Shown: one piece after another, positions 10,750-20,795 of the stretch
Numbering within the stretch: the stretch's first letter is position 1
Layout of the letters: each line of letters starts with the position of its first letter
Assembly (NCBI GenBank): GCA_964512925.1
Contig: CAZEKH010000001.1
Coordinates: 200,226 to 264,225, forward strand
Direction: 5' to 3'
Origin: an uncultured Candidatus Saccharibacteria bacterium
GTDB lineage: Bacteria > Patescibacteriota > Doudnabacteria > UBA920
Length of the DNA stretch: 64,000 nt
Position numbers and translations under genes: made by a program
The notes under the pieces: generated by a model
The model's input: the letters and a program-made list of their open reading frames with translations, nothing else
What the model was told of the DNA's origin: nothing
Databases searched by the model: none

Positions 10750-11973
10750 ATGGAAGAAATAAAGAAGCAAATTTTTGTAAAACGCCCTGTTTTAGGCGAG
10801 ATATACAAAAATTTTGGGCATTTGAAATTAGCGGAATACATCAGGTTATGGCAAATATCTCATATTGAGCCTGACCCGCTTTTTTTAACTGTATTAAATA
10901 GCAAAGCCAACGGGCTTTACGGAGCTGAAATCGCTCAAAAGCTAACTGAGCAAATCAAGAGTCGTCCTATTGTTTCAACCGTTGATCATTTGGGCATCTG
11001 GGGGCATCCGATTTTTGTTAACGCTACAACAATTTTTTCTTTGGCTTTTAAGCAGGACGAGCTAGTTCCAGTCCTTGCAACTGAAAGTGTTTCTTTAAAC
11101 AATACCAGCTCATGGTCGGGGAGTGTTTTAAATCGTCAGGAAGATGGTAAGTTGGTGAGGCACTCCTTTTTTCCTGACAGGCAAAAAACACTGCCTGTGT
11201 TTTCCTGCCCGGAGGTTTCAGAGGAAAGGTATAGCAAAATTTTACAAAAAATTCAGCCCCGCTTTTTACCGGAGAGGCTGCCTGAAGAAAACAATTTTTC
11301 TTCCCAGGCTTGTCTTTTAAGTAGTCATATATGTCAGCAAGTGTTTCCTTCTGCGCCAAAACTGGCATATCTCCCATTGGAGAGCATTGTGGGGGAGTAT
11401 CTAGAGAAGGTTATAAAAGACAAAAATCATCCCATCGCAAAAATCATCATATCCAGCAAAGGGTATGAACTTTGGCAAAAGCATTTCTCCAGCGAACACA
11501 CTTTTTTGTTTTGGGGAATAGATCAAAAGGGGAGAAGAGATAAAATTGAAAAAGAGAAGTATATTGAAATATTGGACAAAAACCAATTGGCGGAACTTTT
11601 GGAACAAAGAAAAATTTATGCTTCAAGCCCGTTGTGCTTTTTAGTTTTGCTCTACTCCGGCCTTACTTGCGCGGGCGGGTTTACCCAGACAACCTGGCTT
11701 TCGGATACCAAAGAAAAAATTATTGAAATCTTTCAAGAAATGGGGGAGAGTGATGCTTTAAATAATATCAATAATATGCCGACAAAAAATTTCGCAGAAA
11801 GTCTTTTGGCAAGCCTTGGAACAGAAGGAGAGCAATATATTCCAACCGCGCTTGATTTGTTTAACTCAGGTAAGGACTGGTACCCGGAGTTTAAAGCCAA
11901 AGCAGAAATGATTAGCTTGAAAGAATCCATAGATACCTTTTTGCCAGAGATATATAAAGTGGTGTGTGGTTAG
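10750..11973 (+). CDS. hypothetical protein
   Basis: 407-aa ORF, no recognisable motif. Confidence 0.35.
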   Translation: MEEIKKQIFVKRPVLGEIYKNFGHLKLAEYIRLWQISHIEPDPLFLTVLNSKANGLYGAEIAQKLTEQIKSRPIVSTVDHLGIWGHPIFVNATTIFSLAFKQDELVPVLATESVSLNNTSSWSGSVLNRQEDGKLVRHSFFPDRQKTLPVFSCPEVSEERYSKILQKIQPRFLPERLPEENNFSSQACLLSSHICQQVFPSAPKLAYLPLESIVGEYLEKVIKDKNHPIAKIIISSKGYELWQKHFSSEHTFLFWGIDQKGRRDKIEKEKYIEILDKNQLAELLEQRKIYASSPLCFLVLLYSGLTCAGGFTQTTWLSDTKEKIIEIFQEMGESDALNNINNMPTKNFAESLLASLGTEGEQYIPTALDLFNSGKDWYPEFKAKAEMISLKESIDTFLPEIYKVVCG

Positions 11974-12055
11974 GTAAAACCCTTTCGGCTATTGGAGAGC
12001 TGCCCGCCGTGGCTGTTCGGGCGGGAATCCTTTATATTTATTACAATTGTTGTAA

Positions 12056-12097
12056 CCTCACCCCAACCCTCTCCCATATGGGAGAGGGGGAGGTTGG
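12056..12097. repeat. Family-A element, full form CCTCACCCCAACCCTCTCCC-ATAT-GGGAGAGGGGGAGGTTGG
   Basis: intergenic; outer and inner arms both complementary. Confidence 0.75.
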
Positions 12098-12263
12098 TTT
12101 GACAACTTTTATTTTCCTGTTAAACTATATTTATATATGAAGTATATAATCTTAAATTCCTATTGGTTTTGGTTTACCCGCTCGTTTGAGCTTGGGAATT
12201 TTGGGTTATGTTCAAAGTACTGATATTTGATATACTGATGATCTACTAAACTAACCCCAAACT

Positions 12264-12295
12264 TCCGGACTCAAGCTGATGTCCGGGTTTTTTTA
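12264..12295 (+). terminator. rho-independent terminator (CCGGAC…GTCCGGG + T-run)
   Basis: GC hairpin followed by TTTTTTTATTTTT. Confidence 0.6.
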
Positions 12296-12317
12296 TTTTT
12301 GCTTTAGGAGGTAGTAA

Positions 12318-12491
12318 ATGCAAAAGGAACTTCGATGCACAAAAGGTCACCTGTTGGTGACCAGAGAATCTGCGGCTGGCATTGAAGCCAGTTGCCCAAC
12401 CTGTCAAATTGAATTAACCCATATTAGCATATTATTGAAAGCTAATGAGGCTGTATGGGCACAAAAGGAGGAAACCTCAACCGCTGTTTAA
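12318..12491 (+). CDS. hypothetical 57-aa protein with zinc-ribbon-like CxxxH…CxxC spacing
   Basis: strong SD AGGAGG 8 nt upstream of ATG; lies between two rho-independent terminators; below the 60-aa ORF-track cutoff. Confidence 0.3.
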   Translation: MQKELRCTKGHLLVTRESAAGIEASCPTCQIELTHISILLKANEAVWAQKEETSTAV

Positions 12492-12532
12492 GTTTTGGTT
12501 TTGTCAGGGCGAGGAATTTGAGTTTTCTTACT

Positions 12533-12597
12533 ATGTCATTCCGGCCATCGAGCCGGAATCTATGTACCTGGATCCTGGATCAAGTCCGGGATGACAT
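12533..12597. repeat. Family-B hairpin elements (ATGTCATTCCGGCC-N6-GCCGGAATCTAT … GATCAAGTCCGGGATGACAT)
   Basis: intergenic; outer arms ATGTCATYCCGG / CCGGGATGACAT. Confidence 0.6.
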
Positions 12598-12738
12598 AAA
12601 TAATAGACCATTTTCCTGACCCTGAATAAAAGGGCGAGATTGAGAAAGGAGGAGTGTCATGCGATGGCCTGATGCCACTGGTTGGGGAAATTGATCAAAA
12701 TGATCCGCTTGTAGCCAGAGGGGCGAAGTGCTTTGGCT

Positions 12739-12767
12739 GGCCGAGATTTATTCTCGGCCTTTTTTTA
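12739..12767 (+). terminator. rho-independent terminator (GGCCGAGA…TCTCGGCC + T7)
   Basis: perfect 8-bp stem and T-run. Confidence 0.6.
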
Positions 12768-12899
12768 TTGGACATTTTCAGCTATAATTATATAAATAAA
12801 AAAAATGATGAAAATGAGCATAAATGATAAAAATTGTAGGATTTTTGCATTTAATTTTTGTCATTTGTTTAATTTTTGATCATTCTTGTCATTCATATT

Positions 12900-13616
12900 A
12901 TGTCTCTCATACAAATCAAAAATCTGACCAAAGATTATATAAACGAAGACGTGGTAACATCGGTACTTCACGGGATGACTTTTAACATAGAAAAAGGCGA
13001 GTTTGTCGCGATAATGGGCCCTTCCGGTAGCGGTAAGTCCACGCTTATGCACATTCTTAGTTTTTTAGACAGGCTTTCAGGAGGGGAGTATTTTTTTGAA
13101 GGACAGGACACAAGAAATTTCGAAGACGAGTATTTGTCTACTTTGAGAAACGAAAAAGTGGGATTTGTGTTTCAGTCTTTCAATCTGCTGCCTAGAACTA
13201 CAGTTTTAGACAATGTTAAACTACCACTTTTGTATTCAGATCTCAAAAATCACGACGAACTGGCAAAAAAAGCTTTGGACTCAGTCGGACTCTCACATAG
13301 AATGGAATTTTTTACTAACCAGATATCTGGTGGGGAAAAACAAAGAGTAGCCATAGCCAGGGCTTTGGTTTGTAACCCTTCTGTGCTTTTTGCAGACGAA
13401 CCTACCGGCAACTTGGACTCAAAAAGCGGCAACACGGTAATGCAAATTTTGCAAAAACTTAATAACGAAGGCAGAACAATCATACTTGTCACCCACGAGC
13501 AGGACACAGCTAATCACGCTAAAAGAATTATACGAGTAAAAGATGGACTTGTTGCCTCAGATGAGCAAGTCAAGCAAAGGACTATTGCTAGTGGAGACAA
13601 GGAGCTGCTTAAATAG
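12900..13616 (+). CDS. ABC transporter ATP-binding protein, LolD/MacB/FtsE-like
   Basis: Walker A GPSGSGKST, signature LSGGEKQRVAIARAL, Walker B LFADEPTGNLD; ATG 12900 in frame with track start 12876 (TTG). Confidence 0.85.
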   Translation: MSLIQIKNLTKDYINEDVVTSVLHGMTFNIEKGEFVAIMGPSGSGKSTLMHILSFLDRLSGGEYFFEGQDTRNFEDEYLSTLRNEKVGFVFQSFNLLPRTTVLDNVKLPLLYSDLKNHDELAKKALDSVGLSHRMEFFTNQISGGEKQRVAIARALVCNPSVLFADEPTGNLDSKSGNTVMQILQKLNNEGRTIILVTHEQDTANHAKRIIRVKDGLVASDEQVKQRTIASGDKELLK

Positions 13617-13652
13617 TATTAAGTATGTTGTATAAAGTATTTTGCGATAAGA

Positions 13653-13708
13653 CTCCTTCTCCGATACCTGCCCGTCCGGCAGGCGGGTCGGAGAGGGTTG
13701 GGGTGAGG
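13653..13708. repeat. Family-A long variant with extra inner hairpin (…TCTCCGACCCGCCTGCCGGACGGGCAGGTATCGGAGA…)
   Basis: intergenic; near-identical to copy at 18383 in opposite orientation. Confidence 0.75.
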
Positions 13709-13821
13709 TAATAAAGTTTGAATATCAAACCAACTTTAGATTATTACAATTGTTAATATATCATTGTCGTCAATTGCTTTAGATTTCAAGAATATGTTAT
13801 CCATTTGCTGAATATATAGTA

Positions 13822-13857
13822 GAAAAAAAGAAGACCGGCATCGAGGAGCGATGCCGG
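13822..13857 (-). terminator. rho-independent terminator on minus strand (CCGGCATCG…CGATGCCGG + T-run)
   Basis: 9-bp perfect stem; A-run on plus strand = T-run on minus strand. Confidence 0.5.
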
Positions 13858-13885
13858 CGGATGTTCCGGGCGCATCACGCACTGG

Positions 13886-14083
13886 TTAGTGCGTGATGCG
13901 CCACACGATCCCCGCGAGGGTTTTGGTTATCGGGAGGAATGCCTCCCGAATTAGTCCCCCCCAGGGACCCCAAAGTGCTACAATCACGAACGCCACGGCT
14001 GCAAGCAGCCACATGTGTTCGATGATCGCATTTGCTTTCCGGTCGTGCCGGAAAGCGGAAAAAACGGAATGAAACGATGTCAT
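13886..14083 (-). CDS. hypothetical small (65-aa) membrane protein in a high-GC pocket
   Basis: ATG at 14083 within ORF 13886..14173; one TM helix (WLLAAVAFVIVALWGPWGG); followed on the minus strand by two strong hairpins and a T-run. Confidence 0.3.
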   Translation of the reverse strand: MTSFHSVFSAFRHDRKANAIIEHMWLLAAVAFVIVALWGPWGGLIREAFLPITKTLAGIVWRITH

Positions 14084-14188
14084 CTCTCTCTCTTTTCTAG
14101 AAACCCACACAACGGTGTTGCTAGGAGAGAGGAGATGAACTGCGAAGATAACTTTAGAAATTATAACATACATTAACTATACTGTCAA

Positions 14189-15454
14189 GTGAATTTTATT
14201 AGCACAATTAGGCTGGTTATAAGGGGGCTTTTGGCAAGAAAAGGCCGGTCGTTTTTGACGATTTTAGGTATTGTGATTGGAGTTGCCGGGGTGGTGGTTA
14301 TCATTGCTTTGGGCGCTGGCGCTCAGAGTTTGGTGTTAGGGCAGGTGTCTAAATTGGGCAGTAATATAGTTGGGATTTTACCAGGCAAGAGCAATGAAAC
14401 CGGACCGCCGGCAGCTGTGTTTGGCATACAAATAAAAACTTTGACCCTGGAAGACGCGGAAGCTATAAAAAAAAGCGGACGCGTGCCAAATGTGTCAGCA
14501 GTAGCCGGGTTTGCCCGCGGCCAGGGGACAGTAGTTTTTCAGGATAAAAATGTCGACACTTTTTATACTGGCGCTCAGGCGTCGGTAGTTAACATTCAAA
14601 ATATAGAAATGGAAGCCGGTAGATTTTTTACCGAGGAAGAGGAAAAAGGCGGGGCGCAGGTTGTAGTTTTGGGTTTTAGCGTTAAAGAGCAGTTGTTCGG
14701 TAGCGAGGACGTTTTAGGTAAGGCCATAAAAATTTCAGTAACCAGAGGCGACCAGACTTTTTCCGTACCGGCTATGGTGATAGGCACCATAAAAAAACAA
14801 GGCACAGTGGCTTTTCAAAACCAGGATGACCAGGTCTATATTCCCCTAAGCATTGCCCAAAAGCAACTTTTGGGTATCTCGCATTTGCAGTTTATCCGCG
14901 CCAAAGTTGTGGGAGAAGAAAACATTAAGTCCGTTATGGCTGACATCAAACAGCTTTTGATGGAGAGGCATAAAATCAAAACCGAAGACGAAGTGGATTT
15001 TTCTGTTCGGGACTTGGCTGACGCTCTCAAGCTTCTTTCCGGCATCACTGACGGGATGCGGATGTTTTTGACTTTGATGGCGGCGATTTCGCTGATAGTC
15101 GGAGGAATAGGGATTATGAACATAATGCTGGTAACCGTGGCAGAAAGAACCAGAGAGATTGGTTTAAGAAAAGCAGTGGGCGCCACAGCGAGGGACATAA
15201 GAAATCAGTTTTTACTTGAATCCTCTTTGGTTACTTTGCTCGGAGGTGTGATTGGTATTGTTTTAGGGGCATTCTTGGCTTACCTGGCAGCGTTAGGCGC
15301 GCGTTATGCGGGCTACGACTGGGCCTATGTGGTTTCGCTTGGTTCTATAGCTATGGCTGTGGGAGTTTCAATTTTAACCGGAATGGTTTTTGGGCTTTAC
15401 CCGGCCTTAAAAGCGTCAAAATTAGACCCAATAGAAGCTTTGAGATATGAGTGA
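14189..15454 (+). CDS. ABC transporter permease, MacB/LolCE (FtsX) family
   Basis: N-terminal TM, MacB periplasmic domain, C-terminal FtsX helices; downstream of the ABC ATPase. Confidence 0.8.
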   Translation: MNFISTIRLVIRGLLARKGRSFLTILGIVIGVAGVVVIIALGAGAQSLVLGQVSKLGSNIVGILPGKSNETGPPAAVFGIQIKTLTLEDAEAIKKSGRVPNVSAVAGFARGQGTVVFQDKNVDTFYTGAQASVVNIQNIEMEAGRFFTEEEEKGGAQVVVLGFSVKEQLFGSEDVLGKAIKISVTRGDQTFSVPAMVIGTIKKQGTVAFQNQDDQVYIPLSIAQKQLLGISHLQFIRAKVVGEENIKSVMADIKQLLMERHKIKTEDEVDFSVRDLADALKLLSGITDGMRMFLTLMAAISLIVGGIGIMNIMLVTVAERTREIGLRKAVGATARDIRNQFLLESSLVTLLGGVIGIVLGAFLAYLAALGARYAGYDWAYVVSLGSIAMAVGVSILTGMVFGLYPALKASKLDPIEALRYE

Positions 15455-15571
15455 GAAAATTTCTAATTACCTAATTCTGAATTAACCTAATTAAATCCCA
15501 AAATAAAACGATTTAAATAAATATGTGTATTATTAGAAATGAGAATAATTAGTTTAATAGAATAATTTGCT

Positions 15572-16831
15572 ATGCTCGTCGCTTTACAACAATCTATCAA
15601 AACACTTAGAAGCAACCTGGTACGCACTGCCCTGACGACTCTTGGCATTGTAATTGGCATTGCTTCGGTGGTGATGGTGCTGTCGGCAGGGGCGGGTTTT
15701 AAGTCGTACATAAATTCCCAGGTTTCCGCTTTTGGCAGCAATTTTATTACCGTGGAAACACGGGTGCCTCCTACAACTAAAAATCGGGCATCTGGTTCTT
15801 CCGGCGGTTCGCAGTCAAATTCGGCGAGTCAGGCGGTCGGCATAACCACTTTAAAGCAAAAAGATGTGGATGAAATTTCCAGGCTGCCAAATATTTCCGG
15901 AGCTTACGGCGCAGTGATCGGCCAGAAGATTGTTTCCTACAAAGCGGTGAGTAAAAATTCATTTGTGTTTGGAGCAAATGCGTAAAGATTTTCCATTGAT
16001 AGGGGAGTTTTGGCTAAAGGCAGGCCTTATAGCGAGATTGAGGATAGAGCGGCTGATCAGGTTGCAGTTTTGGGCGCGGATATCGCAATAGATCTTTTTG
16101 GTCAGGAAGACCCGCTAGGAAAGACCGTCAGGGTCGGTGAATATAATTTTTTAGTCATAGGGGTATATGAAAGAAGGGGTAGTTTTGGTTTTTCCAACGA
16201 CGACCAGCAAGTTTTTGTGCCGCTCAAGACAGCCCAAAAAAAACTTTTAGGAATTGATCATTTATTTTATGTCTTGGCGCAGGCCAAGGATCCTGCACAA
16301 GCAGAGGCCACTGCCGAAGATATGAGGTATATACTCAGGCAGAATCACGATATACAAGATCCTGCAAAAGATGATTTTGCGGTGCAAACCCAGGCGCAGG
16401 GACTGGAAACATTTGATCAAATCTTAAAAGGTATTACTTTTTTGCTCATTGCTGTGGCAGCGATTTCACTTTTGGTGGGCGGGGTGGGTATTATGAACAT
16501 AATGTATGTGGCGGTGACTGAAAGGATTGCTGAGATTGGGCTGAAAAAAAGCGTGGGCGCCAAAGAAAAAGATATTTTAGCTGAGTTTTTAACCGAAGCC
16601 GTGATCCTGACTGTTTTGGGGGGTGTTTTAGGTATACTTTTGGGAGCTCTACTATCTTATGGTGTAGCTTTGGGAGCTAGGGCTTTTGGTTTTGCCTGGG
16701 ATTTTTCAGTGCCAGCGTCTGGCGTGTTTTTGGGCTTGGGTGTTTCTACGGTAATCGGTTTGTTGTTTGGAGTTTTTCCGGCCAGGACTGCTGCAAAGAT
16801 GCAGCCTATCGATGCCCTCAGGAGCGAGTAA
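15572..16831 (+). pseudogene. second MacB/LolCE-family permease interrupted by an in-frame TAA (15983..15985); pieces 15572..15985 and 16010..16831 are in the same frame
   Basis: the two ORFs together match the full-length paralog 14189..15454; the stop falls where an aromatic residue is expected (…FGANA*RFSIDRG…), consistent with TAY->TAA. Confidence 0.6.
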
Positions 16832-16943
16832 AATAATCGATGATTGCAGATTAAATGATTTAACATTTGTTATGTATTATAATTACATTATAAGCTTTGA
16901 AAAGTTTTGCGCAAAAAATCAATCTAAAATCAAATAAATTTTT

Positions 16944-18176
16944 ATGAAAACAATTGTTATAGTCGGCGGGGGCTTTGCCGGGATTAATTGCGCCTTAGCT
17001 TTGGATAAAAACTTAAGTAAAGACGAAAGAGCGGAAATTTTGCTTTTAGACCGGCGGGATTATCATTTATTTACTCCGAATTTATATGAAATTGCCGCTG
17101 CGGACGAAGAATTTGTTTCAGTCGATGGTTTGAAAAAAAGCATTGCCTTGCCTTATGAAGAAATTTTTCAGGGCACTCAGGTAAAGTTTGCCCAGGGTGA
17201 AGTTTCAGACATGGATATAGTTAACAAAACTTTAAAATGTGGAATTCGGAAAATCAGTTTTGATTTTTTGGCGCTTACCGGCGGGTCGGAAAGTTTTGAT
17301 TTTGGCATTGATGGAGCCAAAGAGTATGCGTTGCCTTTAAAAACCTTGAAAGACGCGCTTCGTATCCGCAATGCTTTGAGTTTTGCTATAGAGCGAAGAA
17401 AAAGTGAAAATCCTTTGCCGGTTTTGAGGTTTGTGGTGGCTGGAGGCGGATATAGTGGGGTGGAAACCGCAGGTGAGTTGAGCGAACTTTCGGAAATTTT
17501 GGCTTGGAAGTACAGTTATCCTATAGAAAAGATTGAGATTTTAGTTTTAGAGGCGTCGAATGAATTGGTGTCTGGGTTTGACAAAAGGTTTAGCCAAGAT
17601 GCTTTGGCTAGGCTGAAGAATTTGGGAGTTAAAGTTTTGCTTAACGCTAAAATTTGCAAGATTGATCAAAATTTGGTTTATTTGCTTGGCGGGGAAGCGG
17701 TGCATTATGACGCGCTAGTTTGGACAGTTGGGGTTAAGGCGGTTAAACTGCCGGTTTTAGATACTCTGCCTATGGATGCGCGGGGCAGGATTTTGGCTGA
17801 TGAGCATTTAAAAGTTAAAACCAAGGCAAATATTTTTATAGCCGGCGATGTCGCGTCAGTTGCGGACAGTACAGGCAGGCCGGTTGTGCAGACTGCGCAA
17901 AACGCTATCCACCAGGGAAGGTTTTTAGGAGAAAATATTTACCGCGCAATGAAAAATTTGCCTCTTAAAGTTTACACGCCGAAAACCCACGGCTTTATAG
18001 CCTCGGTGGGCGGCAAGTGGGCAATTTTAAAATACGGCAATTTTTATTTAACTGGCATCATAGCCTACTTAGCCAACAAATTCGCTCACTTTAAATACTA
18101 TTGGGAAGTGGTTGGTTTTTGGAAAGCCTTTAAATACATTTGGCTCGAATGGGATGTTTATGGCAGAAATGATTAA
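16944..18176 (+). CDS. type II NADH dehydrogenase-like FAD/NAD(P)-binding oxidoreductase
   Basis: two Rossmann GxGxxG motifs (IVIVGGGFAG, VVAGGGYSGVE) and AGDVAS motif. Confidence 0.7.
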   Translation: MKTIVIVGGGFAGINCALALDKNLSKDERAEILLLDRRDYHLFTPNLYEIAAADEEFVSVDGLKKSIALPYEEIFQGTQVKFAQGEVSDMDIVNKTLKCGIRKISFDFLALTGGSESFDFGIDGAKEYALPLKTLKDALRIRNALSFAIERRKSENPLPVLRFVVAGGGYSGVETAGELSELSEILAWKYSYPIEKIEILVLEASNELVSGFDKRFSQDALARLKNLGVKVLLNAKICKIDQNLVYLLGGEAVHYDALVWTVGVKAVKLPVLDTLPMDARGRILADEHLKVKTKANIFIAGDVASVADSTGRPVVQTAQNAIHQGRFLGENIYRAMKNLPLKVYTPKTHGFIASVGGKWAILKYGNFYLTGIIAYLANKFAHFKYYWEVVGFWKAFKYIWLEWDVYGRND

Positions 18177-18261
18177 GAGAGTCTTTGATTTAAAGATTTA
18201 ATGATTGAAAATAAAATGATTGTTAACAGGAAATAATAAAAAAATAACTTATATTACAAAA

Positions 18262-18292
18262 ACCTCGGAATATTCCGAGGTTTTTGTTTTTT
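18262..18292 (+). terminator. rho-independent terminator (ACCTCGGAATATTCCGAGGT + T-run)
   Basis: perfect palindrome plus TTTTTGTTTTTT. Confidence 0.65.
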
Positions 18293-18295
18293 AAA

Positions 18296-18330
18296 ACCCT
18301 CTCCCATTTGGGAGAGGGGTAGGGGTGAGG
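18296..18330. repeat. Family-A element
   Basis: intergenic, just after the NDH-2 terminator. Confidence 0.7.
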
Positions 18331-18382
18331 TTACGATGAATGTAAAAATAACTAGAGTTTAATTAAAATTTGAACTTTATTA

Positions 18383-18440
18383 CCTCACCCCCTAACCCTC
18401 TCCGACCCGCCTGCCGGACGGGCAGGTATAGGAGAGGGAG
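18383..18440. repeat. Family-A long variant
   Basis: abuts the topA stop codon. Confidence 0.75.
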
Positions 18441-20795
18441 TTATTGAGCTTTCTTTTTACCATAAACCTTGCGAGGTTTTGGAGGGTTTTCCTTCCAGTG
18501 TTTTAGGGCTTCTTGGAGTTCTGCTTCACTTTCAGGTTTTTTGGACATTATAAAGTTGCAATCCGGAAAACGATTGCAGGCATAAAAGAGTTTACCGCGG
18601 CCGCGGGATTTTCTTTCTACCACATCGCCAGTTTGGCAATTGGGACATTTAAACCCGGTTTTGTTCCAAATTTTGCTGATGCCTTTGCATTTGGGGTAGT
18701 CAACACAGCCCAAGAAAAATCCAAACCGCCCTTTTTTGACTTTCATTTCTTTGCCGCAGATGGGGCAGACTTCGCCCTTGGTTTTTTCTTCCAAAGCTTT
18801 GATCTGGGCTTCTTCTTCCGGCATTGGCTTGGTGGTTTTGCACTCAGTATCTGGGCAGGCCATAAATTTACCGGTCCGGCCGAATTTGATGATCATCATT
18901 TTGCCGCATTTCGGACAGGGGATGGTGGTTACCTCAATCTGTTTTTCCACACTCGCTTCTTTTTCTTTCAGATGTTTTTTGAAAGGTCCGTAAAATTCGT
19001 GCATTACCTCGGTCCATTTCATTTTGCCTTCCGCTATCTGGTCAAATTCTTCTTCTATATGCGAAGTAAAGTTTATATCTACGATCTCAGGAAAATTTTC
19101 AACCAGCATATCGGTTACCAAAAACCCTTCTTCAGTGGGCTTGAATTTTTTTTCTTCCTTGGTTACATAACCGCGGACCTCTATGGTGGACAGTGTAGGA
19201 GCATAGGTTGAGGGTCTGCCAATGCCGTGGGCTTCCAGCGCTTTAACCAGGCTGGCGTCCGTATACCTGGCAGGGGCTTCAGTAAAATGCTGGAGCGGCA
19301 AAAGCTCGTGAAGTTTGAGTTTTTCTTGTTCTGACAGCTCAGGCAGCATACCTTCTATCTCATCTTCCGGTTTTTCATCCGACCCTTCGGTATAGGCGCG
19401 GATAAATCCGTCAAACTTTATGACTTGTCCGTTGGCGCGAAAGACATAATTATTGATCTGCTGATTTTCTGCTTGCCCTTCATAGCCTTGGCGAAGGAGG
19501 GATCTACTGGCAGGCTTGGCTTCTATATCCACCGCAGTTTGTTCCATCAACGCAGCCTGCATCTGACAAGCGATGGTTCGTTTCCAGATTAAGTCATAGA
19601 GCCGAAACTGCTGTCTGTCTAAATATTGTTTTAAATTTTCAGGTTTTCTTAAGACATCGGTTGGACGTATGGCTTCGTGCGCTTCCTGCGCGCCTTTAGA
19701 CTTGTTGGTAAAATGTCTGGGTTCAGACAGACCGTATTCTTTGCCGAATTCGGCAGAGATGACTTGGCCTATGGCAGTTAAAGCTGATTGAGCCAGGTTC
19801 AAACTGTCGGTACGCATATAGGTGATAAGTCCCTGGTGGCCTTCATCGCCAATATCAATTCCTTCATAGAGCTGTTGAGCTACCATCATTGTCTGTTTGG
19901 CTGACATACCGAGTTTGCGCGCCGCTTCTTGTTGGAGCGTGGAAGTGGTAAAAGGGGCGGATGGATTTCTTTTAACTTCTTTTTTGGTAATTTCAGAAAT
20001 TTGATAATTTGCGCCTTCAAGATCAGCGACAATTTTTTTGCCTTCAGTCTCAGACTTGATATCCATTTTGCCCACAGTTTTGTCGCCGATTTTGTGGAGT
20101 TTGGCTATGAAGGTTTTATAACTCCCCCCATCCCCCTCTTTAGTTAAAGAGGGGGTGCCGGAGGCGGGGGAGTTTTTGGATAGCTTTGCTTCTATGCTCC
20201 AATACTCTTCCGCAACGAATTTTTGGATTTCCCTTTCCCGTTCAACAACAAGCCTGACAGCCACTGACTGGACGCGTCCGGCTGAAAGACCATACCGGAT
20301 TTTTCGCCAAAGAAAAGGGGAGAGTTCATAACCTACAAGCCTGTCTAAAACCCGCCGAGCCTGTTGGGCGTCAACCAAGTTGATATCTATAGAGCGGGGG
20401 TTTTCTAAGGCGTGTTGGATGGCGGTTTTGGTAATCTCGTGGAAAACGATGCGTTGAATGTTTTTGACGGATGAGGTTTTGCCTTTAGTTTTATTGAGAT
20501 CCAGCGCTTCTATCAAATGCCAGGAGATACTTTCTCCTTCGCGGTCTTCGTCAGTGGCAAGGATGATTTCCTGGCTGTCCTTGGCCAGTTTTTTTAGTTT
20601 GGCAACAGTTTCTTTGGCTTTAGCTGGGATGGAGTAGGTGGGTTCAAAGTCGTGTTCAGTGTCCACGCCCATTTTGCTTTTTGGCAAGTCGCGTACGTGA
20701 CCAAAGCTGGCTTCTACTGTGTAGCCACTGCCTAAAAAACGCGAGATGGTTCTCGCTTTGGTCGGGGACTCGACGATGATAAGAGGCTTGGACAT
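18441..20795 (-). CDS. topA: DNA topoisomerase I
   Basis: TOPRIM N-terminus, Topo IA core, C-terminal zinc-ribbon repeats; in-frame palindromic-element insertion encoding …NSPASGTPSLTKEGDGGS…. Confidence 0.9.
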   Translation of the reverse strand: MSKPLIIVESPTKARTISRFLGSGYTVEASFGHVRDLPKSKMGVDTEHDFEPTYSIPAKAKETVAKLKKLAKDSQEIILATDEDREGESISWHLIEALDLNKTKGKTSSVKNIQRIVFHEITKTAIQHALENPRSIDINLVDAQQARRVLDRLVGYELSPFLWRKIRYGLSAGRVQSVAVRLVVEREREIQKFVAEEYWSIEAKLSKNSPASGTPSLTKEGDGGSYKTFIAKLHKIGDKTVGKMDIKSETEGKKIVADLEGANYQISEITKKEVKRNPSAPFTTSTLQQEAARKLGMSAKQTMMVAQQLYEGIDIGDEGHQGLITYMRTDSLNLAQSALTAIGQVISAEFGKEYGLSEPRHFTNKSKGAQEAHEAIRPTDVLRKPENLKQYLDRQQFRLYDLIWKRTIACQMQAALMEQTAVDIEAKPASRSLLRQGYEGQAENQQINNYVFRANGQVIKFDGFIRAYTEGSDEKPEDEIEGMLPELSEQEKLKLHELLPLQHFTEAPARYTDASLVKALEAHGIGRPSTYAPTLSTIEVRGYVTKEEKKFKPTEEGFLVTDMLVENFPEIVDINFTSHIEEEFDQIAEGKMKWTEVMHEFYGPFKKHLKEKEASVEKQIEVTTIPCPKCGKMMIIKFGRTGKFMACPDTECKTTKPMPEEEAQIKALEEKTKGEVCPICGKEMKVKKGRFGFFLGCVDYPKCKGISKIWNKTGFKCPNCQTGDVVERKSRGRGKLFYACNRFPDCNFIMSKKPESEAELQEALKHWKENPPKPRKVYGKKKAQ
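20123..20172. repeat. Family-A-like element
   Basis: in frame inside topA. Confidence 0.65.

Noticed and set aside
18513-19211. 232-aa ORF antisense to topA (and shorter ones at 18736..18993 and 19929..20147)
   Set aside because: Phe- and Gly-rich translation typical of the reverse strand of a real gene; it lies completely inside the well-supported topA CDS.
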